Positions 43,846 to 54,696 of a DNA stretch of 64,000 nucleotides are shown piece after piece. Below the pieces are notes generated by a model. It was not told the DNA's origin, searched no databases, and worked only from the letters and a program-made list of their open reading frames with translations. The DNA is from a phage. The stretch lies in sequence record PV467748.1; one strand, 5' to 3'. Every line of letters starts with the position of its first letter. The stretch's first letter is position 1. The position numbers were made by a program, and so were the translations under genes.

Positions 43846-45629
43846 TTAACATGTCTGATAATGTCAGTTGGTTCGTCGGTGTAGTTGAAGACCGAATGGA
43901 CCCACTCCAACAAGGCCGAGTACGCGTGCGAGTATGGGGTATGCATCCATATGAAAAAGTGCAAGGTCCAGTAAAAGGCCTTCGTACAGAAGATTTACCA
44001 TGGATGTCTGTATTAATGCCTACATCTTCCGCCTCTGTTTCAGGTATTCAAACCGCTATGACTGGTATGGTTCCTGGTACACAGGTTTATGGGCATTTTC
44101 TTGATAAGTGGAAATTAAACGGACTTGTCCTTGGTACATACGGTTCCGCTTCAAGACAGAAGGCTAATCCTAATGAAGGTTTTAGCGATCCAACAGGTCA
44201 ATATCCGCTTTATTTAGGTAACGATGCCGCTGCACTAAACCGAGGTGGTGAAGTTGGATATGATGCCACTTCCAACGTAATACAAGATGCAAACACCGAT
44301 GTAGGTATTAATCCTGATGGTTTAGATTTGAGCCAGGTTAAGCCTGATGATAATCCTAATTTCACAATAGAAAACATGCTTCACCGTGATGAAGGGCTTC
44401 GACTGAAGGTATATTGGGACACCGAAGGATACCCTACTATAGGTATAGGCCACCTTATCGCCCCACAACCTATTAGAGATATGAATCGAATAAACAAAAT
44501 ATTATCTAATCAGGTAGGACGAGAAGTTAAAGGTAACCCTGGTGCAATATCAATGGATGAGGCTTCTAAATTATTCCAAGAAGACCTTAAAAAAGTCCAA
44601 AACGATATAGGTCGGCATAGTGTTGTAGGTCCTGTTTACAATAAAGAAAACCGTTCAAGACAAATGGCTCTTGAAAACATGGCTTTCCAAATGGGATTAG
44701 GTGGATTGGCTAAATTCCGTGGAATGCTTAGTGCAATGCTAATAGGCGATTATAAAAAGGCATTTGAGGAAGCTCGTAATTCAGTATGGTTTAACCAAAC
44801 TAAAGGTCGCGCATCAAGGGTATCAATGATTATCCTTACAGGTAACATGGAATCATATGGTATTATGGCCCCTAAAGAAAGGTCATTTAATGGTCGTTCG
44901 TATAGAATGATTCAAACATTTGCTGCCCCTACAAATTCGGACCCTGCAGACCCGTGGACTCCAGAAGACACAAGGATTCTTTTTAAAGAACCTGATTCTA
45001 GTTATAAAGGCGAATATCCATATGTCCAAACCATGCAAACTGAAGGTGGGCATATCCAAGAATTCGATAATACCCCAGGGCAAGAACGTTATCGATTAAT
45101 CCATCCTACCGGTAGTTATGAAGAAGTTGCTCCTGATGGTCGTAAAACTTCTAAGACGGTAGCCGATGGTTATTATATGACCCAAGGCGATTCAAATACT
45201 TATGTTGGTGGTAATAATAAAGTCAACGTTGGCGGTGATGAAACCTATTATAATATGGCTAACGTTCGCCGTCAGACTGATGGGTCTGAAAGCATTCATA
45301 TTCGAGGTAATGAAACCAAAACTGTAGAAGGTAATGGAACTCTGCTTGTTAAAGGAAATGTTAAAATAGTTATTATGGGTACTGCTGATATAACTGTTGA
45401 ACAAGAAGCATATATTACGGTTGAAAAGGATACAACAGTTAATGTCAACCAGAATGCAGATATAAGCGTTAAACAAAAGGCCACAATCAATGCTCAAAAT
45501 ATGGATGTAAATGTCGAACAAGATTTAAATTTTGCAGCGACGAACATTAATTTAAACGCATCAAATACTGTGCATATGGATGGTGGTTCATTAGCTAAAG
45601 TATCTGGTGGCAACGTACAGGTCGGTTAA
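43842..45629 (+). CDS. 5: baseplate hub and tail lysozyme gp5 (cell-puncturing device)
   Basis: 595-aa track ORF with internal T4-lysozyme-like domain (MLHRDEGLRLKVYWDTEGYPTIGIGHLI) and C-terminal beta-helix repeats (VNVNQNADISVKQKATINAQNMDVNV). Confidence 0.9.
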   Translation: MINMSDNVSWFVGVVEDRMDPLQQGRVRVRVWGMHPYEKVQGPVKGLRTEDLPWMSVLMPTSSASVSGIQTAMTGMVPGTQVYGHFLDKWKLNGLVLGTYGSASRQKANPNEGFSDPTGQYPLYLGNDAAALNRGGEVGYDATSNVIQDANTDVGINPDGLDLSQVKPDDNPNFTIENMLHRDEGLRLKVYWDTEGYPTIGIGHLIAPQPIRDMNRINKILSNQVGREVKGNPGAISMDEASKLFQEDLKKVQNDIGRHSVVGPVYNKENRSRQMALENMAFQMGLGGLAKFRGMLSAMLIGDYKKAFEEARNSVWFNQTKGRASRVSMIILTGNMESYGIMAPKERSFNGRSYRMIQTFAAPTNSDPADPWTPEDTRILFKEPDSSYKGEYPYVQTMQTEGGHIQEFDNTPGQERYRLIHPTGSYEEVAPDGRKTSKTVADGYYMTQGDSNTYVGGNNKVNVGGDETYYNMANVRRQTDGSESIHIRGNETKTVEGNGTLLVKGNVKIVIMGTADITVEQEAYITVEKDTTVNVNQNADISVKQKATINAQNMDVNVEQDLNFAATNINLNASNTVHMDGGSLAKVSGGNVQVG

Positions 45630-45630
45630 T

Positions 45631-47694
45631 ATGAATTACTACGATAAAGTTGATGAAGTGGTAGGGACTGTAACAAGTCCCTGTGATGACGCAGTAGGAC
45701 CCGGTGAATATCGCCGGGTTAAATGGGAATTATATAACCCAACAGGTGCTTTTATTCAACCCGGGAATGGCGTTGAATGGGATACCGAGATTATTCCACT
45801 AGCTACACATTTATACACACAAAATCCATTTGGTAATAAGTCCGAAACTTTTCCTGCACCTCCCCCGCCGGAAGATGGAACAAGTCAAGGTATCTGGTGT
45901 GCTAAACTCGGAATATTCTTTATTACGCAATTGGATTTAGAAAATTATGTAGAATCGATTGGTGCAACTCTTTTGCCCGGTAATGATTGGTATGGCGCTG
46001 ATTTATCAAAATCTGTATTGTATAAAACATCTATTGAATATGATATGTATCGCATCGAAAACTGTGGCGGTGTATGGACGTCACAAGGCCCCAGAATGGA
46101 CCCCAGGACGATGATTGCAGTTACGGCTGATTATCATATGTATGTCAACTTTAACGGCCTTGGTGACTCCCGCAGGGCTTATTTGAAGTACTATGAGACA
46201 AAACCTTGTACTTATGTTGGACTGGTATTAAATCTAGATGTTGATATGAGTATCCCAGGAACTCCGATTCCAGGACCGGTATCCATCGGGTCTTTACCAC
46301 CAGAAATAACCGGGCGAGCCAGGGCAATAAGCTGTGTTCCTTTTACAGCGGAATTCCCTTACAACGGATTGACCAATGCGATTATGGCTTCATGGAATAC
46401 ATCTAGGAATTCATTCAAATTATATTGGGATATGCTCCCTGGATGGCCATCATCTGGTGGGACCGATTGGGAAAAATTCTTCGATTCTGGGTATAGTAAG
46501 CTATCGGTCGCAATGGAAGAGCTAGGCAACTCAGCTGTTGCTATGTGTCAATATGTTCAGCAAATGGCTTTTCTTGCATTTAAAGATGCCATATCACAGG
46601 TCTTGAATATTGTTGGTGGTGGGTGGGACTTACTTAAAAGCTTTTTACCCTCGATTACTATTATGGGCATGACTATTGACCTGGAAGACCTCTGCACTTC
46701 AGGTGATGGTGTACAGAAATTAAAAGAAGCATGGAAAAACTTTAATTTAGAAGAAACCATCCAATCGATTTATTCTGCCATTGGGTCGGCATACGATTAT
46801 TCGGTTGAACGCGTCAAGATGTATTCGCGTGACCTTATTGATGCAATTACAGACTTGTATGACTGGGCCTGGTCTCAATTGCTTATGGCTGGTGTTGCAT
46901 TATCAAAACTGTGTGTAGACCTCGCTCAAATATGGAGTATGCCTCCTATAGTTCCGAACCCAGTTTGGAGCGTTATTACTGCGGTCAAGGAAATGATGAA
47001 GCAAGTTAAACCACTGGACATGATAATGAGCGGTAACTTTCCAGGATTCACGGCATCAGATGTTTATCAAGTGGTTATGGAAAAGGTAGACCAGAAAATA
47101 GACGAAGCTTATGCAATGATTGAGGCTCTTAAAACCCAGGCACTCAATCTGTGGAATGAGATTAAGCTCAAAAAGCAAGAAGTACAAAAACAAGCTATTG
47201 AATTTAAACAATATCTTTCAGGAATGTACGAAAAAGTTACAGACGAGCTAACTGCTCAGAAGGAAGCCGCATTAGCACAAGCTGAAGCTGCACTTGAACT
47301 TTTAAAGAATAAATATAAACAGATTAAGAACTCTATTACCGAAAGTCAAACCTCCGTTTCTGATGTATTAGATATGGCTTTAGAAGAATTCAAAAAACTT
47401 CCTATTGTGGCTCAAATGGAAGAACTTCTCGGTATGCTCGGAGCTACTGTAGATGATATCATGGTTATATACGAGAACTCAGTAACTAAAGCAAAATCTT
47501 TATATCACGAATTTACTGATGGTTCCAGGTCAATGAAAGACTTGTGCAAATCAATGTATAACCAAATATCAACATTATCCTTAAGTAAGGTGGTACAATG
47601 GATTAATAAGATGCTGGGAATATTCGGTTTAACGATTGCATTTCCATCCCTTTCCATTTGCATACCTTGTTTAGAATCTCCTACTAGGAATTAA
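45631..47694 (+). CDS. large uncharacterised protein (687 aa) in the gene 5.1-5.4 position
   Basis: Track ORF 45607..47694 trimmed to the ATG 2 nt after the gp5 stop; Gly/Pro/Trp-rich N-terminal half, Ala/Lys-rich coiled-coil near residue 520, hydrophobic Cys-containing C-terminus; no PAAR motif seen. Confidence 0.6.
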   Translation: MNYYDKVDEVVGTVTSPCDDAVGPGEYRRVKWELYNPTGAFIQPGNGVEWDTEIIPLATHLYTQNPFGNKSETFPAPPPPEDGTSQGIWCAKLGIFFITQLDLENYVESIGATLLPGNDWYGADLSKSVLYKTSIEYDMYRIENCGGVWTSQGPRMDPRTMIAVTADYHMYVNFNGLGDSRRAYLKYYETKPCTYVGLVLNLDVDMSIPGTPIPGPVSIGSLPPEITGRARAISCVPFTAEFPYNGLTNAIMASWNTSRNSFKLYWDMLPGWPSSGGTDWEKFFDSGYSKLSVAMEELGNSAVAMCQYVQQMAFLAFKDAISQVLNIVGGGWDLLKSFLPSITIMGMTIDLEDLCTSGDGVQKLKEAWKNFNLEETIQSIYSAIGSAYDYSVERVKMYSRDLIDAITDLYDWAWSQLLMAGVALSKLCVDLAQIWSMPPIVPNPVWSVITAVKEMMKQVKPLDMIMSGNFPGFTASDVYQVVMEKVDQKIDEAYAMIEALKTQALNLWNEIKLKKQEVQKQAIEFKQYLSGMYEKVTDELTAQKEAALAQAEAALELLKNKYKQIKNSITESQTSVSDVLDMALEEFKKLPIVAQMEELLGMLGATVDDIMVIYENSVTKAKSLYHEFTDGSRSMKDLCKSMYNQISTLSLSKVVQWINKMLGIFGLTIAFPSLSICIPCLESPTRN

Positions 47695-47695
47695 A

Positions 47696-49654
47696 ATGGC
47701 TACTCCTACGAATTACCAATTAACAAGAACCGTTAACGCTATCCCAAAAGTATTTGTGGGAGCTACGTTTGAAGAGATTAAAAAGAATATTATCGATTGG
47801 CTTTCTAGCCAGGACGAATTTAAGGATTACGATTTCGTTGGTTCGCGAATGAATATCCTGATTGACATGTTAGCTTACAACACCCTGTATATGCAGCAGT
47901 TTGCTAATACCGCGGTATATGAATCTTTCATCGGTACTGCTAACTTGCGTTCCTCCGTCGTCCAGGCTGCACAGGATAACGGCTATTTGCCAAGTTCTAA
48001 ATCAGCAGCCAAAACAAGTATCATGTTGACATGTACTCAAGCCCTGAATGAAAAGAATATTCGTATCCCACGTGGTACTAAATTCCTGGCCTATGCCCGT
48101 GATACTTCAGCGGACCCATATGCTTTTGTTACCACGGAAAACGTTATTGCCGTACGTGATGTTAATAACCAATATCTTCCTATCGTATCTTTAGCACAGG
48201 GCCGTATTATTCGTACCGAACTTAAGTATGACCCTAAAACCCCTATTCTTATTCGTGACCCGGATATCGATAGACAAGAAGTTAAACTTTATGTTGATGG
48301 CGCAGAATGGGCTAACTGGACTAATAAATCCATGGTTCATGCTGGTAGTACATCAACAATTTACTATATGCGTGAAACCGTAGATGGTAATACTGAATTC
48401 TTCTTTGGTGAAGGTGTTGCTGAAAAATCAGTTGCAGGTGGGGTATTAGAAGCTAATTATATTGGTGGTTTAAAACCTGTTAAAGATGCCACCATTGTTA
48501 TAGAATACCTTCGTACAGACGGCGAAGTTGCTAATGGGGCAGTGGACTTTAGTTATGCGGATTCTTTGGCATATATTACGGTTGAAAAAATTACAGAAAA
48601 CTACGATGAAAATCCGGATTATGTAGGTGCTGATGGTGGTGGTGACCCTGAAGATATTGAACGTATTCGTGAATTGGCTGTAGTTAAACGTGAAGCCCAG
48701 ATGCGTGCTGTAACTGGTACAGATTATGATACATTCGTTTCAGAGCGATTTGGTTCTATTGTACAAGCAGTACAAACCTTTACAGACCCAAATAAACCGG
48801 GTTACGCCTTTGTTACCATTAAACCTAAATCAGGATTGTATTTGACGGCAGTACAACGTGAAGATATCCAAAATTATCTTTCAGAATTTAACTTGGCACC
48901 TATTACCCCTTCGGTTATTTCTCCTGACTACTTGTTCTTGAAGCATAAAATTAAGGTTTCATATGCACTGAACAAATTACAGGAATCCGAACAATGGCTA
49001 ACGGCCCAAATCCTTTCCCAAATAGACCGTTATTATATTAACGAAGTTGAAATATTCAACCATGGGTTTGCCAAGTCTAAAATGTTGACTTATATTGATA
49101 ATGCAGACCACAGTATCCTTGGCTCTTCGGCTACGGTAACAATGGTTCGCGAAGTATTAAACTTCTTCAAAACACCTGAAGCAGGTATTAAATACTATAA
49201 TCAATACACCAACCGTTCTGTAACTTCTAGTGAATTTGAGTTCGTCCCAACAAACGTATCGGATGTTGTTAAATCTTACAACGTACGTATTGTTGCCACA
49301 GATAAAGACGAACGAGGCGATGGTAAAATGGTTATAGGTCCTTTCCGACCTGGCGATGTAATTGAAAACCAATACATTCAACCTTATACCGGAGATGACT
49401 TTGATAAAATGGCAGCGCCTGCAGACCAATCAGTCTACTATATTATTGGCGAAATTGATTATTACTCAGATTTTATTTTCTGGGATATCGCCGCAATAGG
49501 CCTTACTTCCGACCGTTTTGAAGTCCAGTCTATTGAACTTTATGCAGGGCCAGACCAAGACAACATCTTTACCAAAGACGGTTCTTTAATCGTATTTGAA
49601 GATGACCTTCGTCCTCAGTACACAACTATAGAGTTGGAACCAATTACAATATAA
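47696..49654 (+). CDS. 6: baseplate wedge protein gp6
   Basis: 652-aa track ORF MATPTNYQLTRTVNAIPKVFVGATFEEIKKN... closely matching recalled T4 gp6. Confidence 0.9.
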   Translation: MATPTNYQLTRTVNAIPKVFVGATFEEIKKNIIDWLSSQDEFKDYDFVGSRMNILIDMLAYNTLYMQQFANTAVYESFIGTANLRSSVVQAAQDNGYLPSSKSAAKTSIMLTCTQALNEKNIRIPRGTKFLAYARDTSADPYAFVTTENVIAVRDVNNQYLPIVSLAQGRIIRTELKYDPKTPILIRDPDIDRQEVKLYVDGAEWANWTNKSMVHAGSTSTIYYMRETVDGNTEFFFGEGVAEKSVAGGVLEANYIGGLKPVKDATIVIEYLRTDGEVANGAVDFSYADSLAYITVEKITENYDENPDYVGADGGGDPEDIERIRELAVVKREAQMRAVTGTDYDTFVSERFGSIVQAVQTFTDPNKPGYAFVTIKPKSGLYLTAVQREDIQNYLSEFNLAPITPSVISPDYLFLKHKIKVSYALNKLQESEQWLTAQILSQIDRYYINEVEIFNHGFAKSKMLTYIDNADHSILGSSATVTMVREVLNFFKTPEAGIKYYNQYTNRSVTSSEFEFVPTNVSDVVKSYNVRIVATDKDERGDGKMVIGPFRPGDVIENQYIQPYTGDDFDKMAAPADQSVYYIIGEIDYYSDFIFWDIAAIGLTSDRFEVQSIELYAGPDQDNIFTKDGSLIVFEDDLRPQYTTIELEPITI

Positions 49655-49681
49655 GCCTCTTCGGAGGTTTAAGGAGATTTA

Positions 49682-52600
49682 ATGTCTGTACAAGCGCCTT
49701 ATGTTACTAGTCTGAGAATTGATAAACTCTCGGCTAACCATGTGAGCATTCTTTGGGATGACGTAGGCGCCAACTTCTATTATTTCGTAGAACTGGCCCA
49801 AACGAAGGATGCGGGTGTAGAAATTCCCGACGATAGATTATTTTGGAGAAATTTAGGTTACACCCCTAATAACGAATGGTTTGAAGAGGCATTCATTTCT
49901 CCTAATTCATTTTATAAAATGCGAGTTGCGGTGGCCGCCCAGGGGTTTGAGCAGTCTGAATGGGTTTACACTGAAGAATTTGAAACTTTCTCTACCAACG
50001 CATATACGTTTGAGCATATGCGTGAATTCACTTTATCTAATAAATTTATTGAAGAAAAATTCACAAAAAATAATCAGAATTATGTGAACTTTAATACTGA
50101 TGCCATTATGGCTTCCTTAATGACGGAAGATTTTAACTTTACGCCGGCGTATTCGCATTTGTCATCTATATCAAATTATGTTTTAAAAGCAGACCGGTTC
50201 CATGAAATCCAAGGAAGCATTCAAGCAGTTTGTAAAGACCCTAAACGTTCTATTTTAATGGAACTTGGTGGTGTACTTTACCTTTTAGAAAGGTTCCAAA
50301 GTACTGCTAAGGTTTCTAATGATAAAGGGCAGAACTGGCATTATATCCGTTTGTTTAATGACCGAGTAGGTAACCCTGTTTCACGTACGGCACATTACCA
50401 AACTGAAACTACTACGTATGTTCTAGGTTATGACCAAATATTTTACGGACGTAAATCAAGTGATATTCGTTGGTCTGCTGATGATGTCCGTTTTAGCTCC
50501 CAAGATATAACATTTGCTAAAATAGGTAGTGATATCGACCTTCCATTTGAAATCGAGATATTTGGGTCATATGCAAAACTTCCTTTGCCTATTTCCACTA
50601 TTGCCGAAGCTATATGCGCTTCTGATGATTTCATTTATGTTGCAGGTAGAGACAGAGTTTATAAAGCAAAAACATCTGAGGCCCCTATAGACACCGACCC
50701 TAGTTCTCCGACTTATGGAGAGAAGATATTTGAAAGCGGATATTCGACTATCACAGGGAACCCTAAAGCTGTTTGTTATAAATTAGATTCTATCCAAGGC
50801 CATACATTTGCTTTAATTACAGGTGAAGTTAAAGAAGAAAAAATGGACCCTACGGTCGAATCCAATGTGGTTGATTCTGAATCCAAAGGTGTTTATTGGT
50901 TAGACACTTCAACTGATACATGGATCCGTGTATTTGGAAACACTGAAGAAGAACGTCGTCGTATAGAGCATGGATATACCAGCATGTCTACTGATGGAGA
51001 GGAATTATTTTTCAGTTCAAGCAACTTTAGATATGAAGTAGAGGTTGATTCTGAGCTTCCTTTGGAATACCCTGAAATTGTCACCTCCGCCGTTAAATAT
51101 GTTAAAGATGAACAATGGATTCACGATAAACATTATTTGATGATGAGTTTTAGGTCTAACTCTAAATCCGATTTCAAAGAATTTAAACCCGGGCGTATGG
51201 CTTATTATGCCGAACCATTCTTTAGTTGGTCTCGACGCGATGGAACCCGTTCATGGATTACCACTGGTGGCCATGCGATGGTTGTTTATAACGATGCTTT
51301 ATACCAGAAAATTATCGACCTGAACAGTGGTTCTTCACCTGAACGTATTGTTCATGAGATTTGGAATAAAGGTTTTTGTAAAGTCACATCTCCTAATATA
51401 GAGTTCAACGGCTTTAAGAAATATTCTTCTGGAATGATGATTCACAAATCTACAGGTGAATTGGTTGGATATTTTGAATTCGACTATCGTGTACGCGATG
51501 AAGTCCGTGTTATTTGGAAGCCTAAAGAAATTATGTTTACGGCTGAATTGCAAAACCAAGAACATGAAATCCCGTGGAAACCTAAAGAGGAAGTTGGTGA
51601 GCAAGACCCGGACCTCCAGCCTTTACTGGTTAAAATGATTCCAGATAGTTATTTGCTTCAAGATAGCAACTTTGAAAAATTCTGTGAATACTATCTCCAA
51701 TTTATTAGTGATGGCTCAGGTACACACTATAATAATTTGTTGAATCTTATTCGTAACCAATACCCACGTGAAGAAGATTCATGGGAATATTTGTGGTCGG
51801 AAATCTATAAGCGTAATATCTATTTGTCGAAAGAAAAACGCGACGAAGTAGTTCGTTTTTTCCAGGCACGCCAAACCGATTTTTGGTCTACAAAAGGTAC
51901 CGAAGCTTCTTATAAGTTCCTGTTTAAATTGCTTTATAACGAAGATGTCGAAATTGATATCGAGTCCAAGAACTCTATCGAATATGATATCATCGTAGAA
52001 TCCGACAATATCAGTGAAGATATCGTAGGCCAAACGATTTATACTCCTACAGGTCGTAGTAATGTTACTTATATAGAACGAAATTACAAAGATGGTAAAC
52101 TGCAATGGCGTTTAACCATTCATAATCTTTTAGGTCGTTTTATAGTCGGACAGGAAATTAAATCTGAACGTACTTCGTTCAAGGGTATGATTGTTCAGGG
52201 CGTACGTGGTAAAGAGCTTTTGAGTAACAATATCGACTATATCAACCGTAACCGTTCTTATTATGTGATGACCATTAAGTCTAATCTCCCTACCTCTCGT
52301 TATCGCAACGATGTTTTGAGATTTGTTCATCCAGTAGGTTTCGGCTTTGTAGGTATAACTTTGCTTTCTATGTTCGTTAACGTAGGTTTAACGCTAAAAC
52401 ATACAGAAACTATTATTAATATCCTTAAGAACTACAAATGGGACTCAGGTTTGCCATCTGAATGGTATGATAGAGTTGCTGTAATAGGTTTTGATGGTAA
52501 TATAGAACGAGACCCTAGAACAGGACTTCCGGTTTATAACGTTGGGCCTAAAGCAGGAGAACCGTTTGATATTCCTGTTGATTATGATGCAGAAAATGAT

Positions 52601-52777
52601 TTCTCTGTATTCCAAGGTCAATTACCACACGAACGTATTAAAAAGCATAGTCCATTGTTTGACCAAAGTGCTGTGACCTTTGCCAATTGGCGTGCACTGG
52701 TTGATAAGCGTCTTAAAGACGATATTGGAAATCCTAGAGACCCTAAAGTTCCAACTCAGGTAAAAATTAATGATTAA
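49682..52777 (+). CDS. 7: baseplate wedge protein gp7
   Basis: 1031-aa track ORF (T4 gp7 is 1032 aa) in the expected position; SD AAGGAG upstream. Confidence 0.85.
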   Translation: MSVQAPYVTSLRIDKLSANHVSILWDDVGANFYYFVELAQTKDAGVEIPDDRLFWRNLGYTPNNEWFEEAFISPNSFYKMRVAVAAQGFEQSEWVYTEEFETFSTNAYTFEHMREFTLSNKFIEEKFTKNNQNYVNFNTDAIMASLMTEDFNFTPAYSHLSSISNYVLKADRFHEIQGSIQAVCKDPKRSILMELGGVLYLLERFQSTAKVSNDKGQNWHYIRLFNDRVGNPVSRTAHYQTETTTYVLGYDQIFYGRKSSDIRWSADDVRFSSQDITFAKIGSDIDLPFEIEIFGSYAKLPLPISTIAEAICASDDFIYVAGRDRVYKAKTSEAPIDTDPSSPTYGEKIFESGYSTITGNPKAVCYKLDSIQGHTFALITGEVKEEKMDPTVESNVVDSESKGVYWLDTSTDTWIRVFGNTEEERRRIEHGYTSMSTDGEELFFSSSNFRYEVEVDSELPLEYPEIVTSAVKYVKDEQWIHDKHYLMMSFRSNSKSDFKEFKPGRMAYYAEPFFSWSRRDGTRSWITTGGHAMVVYNDALYQKIIDLNSGSSPERIVHEIWNKGFCKVTSPNIEFNGFKKYSSGMMIHKSTGELVGYFEFDYRVRDEVRVIWKPKEIMFTAELQNQEHEIPWKPKEEVGEQDPDLQPLLVKMIPDSYLLQDSNFEKFCEYYLQFISDGSGTHYNNLLNLIRNQYPREEDSWEYLWSEIYKRNIYLSKEKRDEVVRFFQARQTDFWSTKGTEASYKFLFKLLYNEDVEIDIESKNSIEYDIIVESDNISEDIVGQTIYTPTGRSNVTYIERNYKDGKLQWRLTIHNLLGRFIVGQEIKSERTSFKGMIVQGVRGKELLSNNIDYINRNRSYYVMTIKSNLPTSRYRNDVLRFVHPVGFGFVGITLLSMFVNVGLTLKHTETIINILKNYKWDSGLPSEWYDRVAVIGFDGNIERDPRTGLPVYNVGPKAGEPFDIPVDYDAENDFSVFQGQLPHERIKKHSPLFDQSAVTFANWRALVDKRLKDDIGNPRDPKVPTQVKIND

Positions 52778-53774
52778 TTCTACAGTAGTTTATCGTTCTA
52801 TTGTTACTTCAAAATTTAGAACGGAAAAAATGTACAACTTTTACAGAACAATAGGTGATGGCGAAGACCAGAACACTATGTATGTATCTTTCGGAAGGGC
52901 CCGACCATGGGCCGATAACGAAAATGACCCTGGTTTTGCTCCGCCTTATCCTGTAGATGATTCTGAGGGCGTAGAAGACGTCTGGACAAACATGATGGGT
53001 TGTGTTAAGGTTTATAAGAGTATGTTGGATTGTGTTGTTCCTCGCAAAGACTGGGGCGATACCTCTTATCCTAATCCGTTTACTTTCCAGATTGGTGAAA
53101 TTGTAGTGGCGAACAGCCAGCCGCAAAACCGTACTGATGTCGGTGCCGGGTGGATGGTTTATCGTTGTGTAGATATTCCGGAATCAGGTACATGTTCTAT
53201 TTTGTCCCTTGATAATAAAACTGAGTGTATTAAACTTGGTGGTAAATGGACTTCAAACGTACAATCGGTTAAAGCCCCTGCAGGACAAGGCGATACGGAA
53301 GGTATGGTTGATACAGGTGATGGTTATCTCTGGGAATATTTGTATGAGATTCCGCCTGATGTAAGTATCAACCGTTGCACTAATGAATATATTGTGGTTC
53401 CATGGCCGGAAGAAATTGCCGAAGACCCAGAACGTTGGGGATACGAGAATAACCTTACTTGGCAGCAAGACGATTATGGATTGATTTATCGTATTAAAGG
53501 CAATACCATTCGTTTTAAAGCATTCTTAGATTCAGTTTACTTCCCTGAATTTAGTCTTCCTGGTAACAAAGGATTTAGACAGCTTTCGATAATCTCTAAT
53601 CCATTAGAAGCTAAAGCTCACCCATCCGATCCGATCATTAAAGCCGAAAAAGAGTACTATGATGTTATAGACCTCTCCCGCCATTCAGGTGAAATGATTT
53701 ATATGGAAAACCGCCCTCCGGTTATTCGTTCCATGGACCAAACAGAAGAAATTAACATTATCTTCGAATTCTAA
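52770..53774 (+). CDS. 8: baseplate wedge protein gp8
   Basis: 334-aa track ORF, same length as T4 gp8, correct position. Confidence 0.85.
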   Translation: MINSTVVYRSIVTSKFRTEKMYNFYRTIGDGEDQNTMYVSFGRARPWADNENDPGFAPPYPVDDSEGVEDVWTNMMGCVKVYKSMLDCVVPRKDWGDTSYPNPFTFQIGEIVVANSQPQNRTDVGAGWMVYRCVDIPESGTCSILSLDNKTECIKLGGKWTSNVQSVKAPAGQGDTEGMVDTGDGYLWEYLYEIPPDVSINRCTNEYIVVPWPEEIAEDPERWGYENNLTWQQDDYGLIYRIKGNTIRFKAFLDSVYFPEFSLPGNKGFRQLSIISNPLEAKAHPSDPIIKAEKEYYDVIDLSRHSGEMIYMENRPPVIRSMDQTEEINIIFEF

Positions 53775-53776
53775 TA

Positions 53777-53795
53777 AGGGCCGCAAGGCCCTTTC
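53777..53795 (+). terminator. stem-loop (AGGGCC-GCAA-GGCCCT) after gene 8
   Basis: Plus agggccgcaaggccct followed by ttcgggttt. Confidence 0.4.
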
Positions 53796-53835
53796 GGGTT
53801 TAATAAATACAGTATATCAATAATGAGGCATACCT

Positions 53836-54696
53836 ATGATTAAGCAAACTGGTAAAGAACTAATTGACGTCGGTGAAATTGGTAATGCCAGCACCGGCGA
53901 CATTCTTTATGATGGCGGTGTTAAACTGAACACTGACTTAAACAACATCTATAATACTTTCGGCGACCAACGTAAAACTGCTTTAACTGGCGAATTAACC
54001 GGTCAGAAATTACACGCTACAGGTTATTATCAAAAATTTGGTGATATGGACCAAGCAAGCTCAGTAGATTTAGGCTCTTTGGTGGATATCGATGCTTCTA
54101 CCGGTTCTATCGTGTTAACCACTGTAAAAGGTGCGGTCGGTGAAGGTATTGAAATAATTAACTCTAATGGAAGTATTTCAGCTACCAACTATCTTGAAAT
54201 CCGTATATTGGATACTTTCGCAAGCCATTCATCTTCGTCTTTGCGTATTGTGACACCTTATACACGAGTTCTTTTATGGTGTGTATCAGATACAAACGGC
54301 ATTGCAGTATGGGATTATTCAATTGAAAGTATGTTTGGTGATAAACGTGTTCCATTAAATAAGACATATAATATATCTTCTGTTGCTCGTGATATTCCGG
54401 TGGTTTATTCTGGCCAGTATTCATTGGTCAAACTTTTAGTTACAGCAGTGAATGCCAACGAAACCATTTACAAAGCTTCAGAATACCTTGTGTTTATCGA
54501 CAACCAAGCTAGAAAGATTTATTCCACCGAATACGCCGTTATTAAACGTGGACAAACTTCAGATGATGACGAAATTTATTCCCTAGATTTTAAATTCGAT
54601 ACATCAAACTATATTATCGCGACCGCTTCTTCTGTCAATCCTATGAGGCTTGCAATTAAGGTCGTAGAAACCCAAACTATTGGAGTTCCAGTATAA
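53836..54696 (+). CDS. 9: baseplate protein gp9 (long tail fibre socket)
   Basis: 286-aa track ORF (T4 gp9 is 288 aa), correct position. Confidence 0.85.
   Translation: MIKQTGKELIDVGEIGNASTGDILYDGGVKLNTDLNNIYNTFGDQRKTALTGELTGQKLHATGYYQKFGDMDQASSVDLGSLVDIDASTGSIVLTTVKGAVGEGIEIINSNGSISATNYLEIRILDTFASHSSSSLRIVTPYTRVLLWCVSDTNGIAVWDYSIESMFGDKRVPLNKTYNISSVARDIPVVYSGQYSLVKLLVTAVNANETIYKASEYLVFIDNQARKIYSTEYAVIKRGQTSDDDEIYSLDFKFDTSNYIIATASSVNPMRLAIKVVETQTIGVPV

Noticed and set aside
49657-49669. Hairpin GCCTC-TTCG-GAGG between genes 6 and 7 as a terminator
   Set aside because: No U-run follows and the SD of gene 7 is immediately downstream within the late operon; more likely an mRNA stability or processing hairpin.
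53802-53810. TAATAAATA upstream of gene 9 as a late promoter
   Set aside because: It does not match the exact TATAAATA box (first T replaced by A); kept only as a possible weak site.
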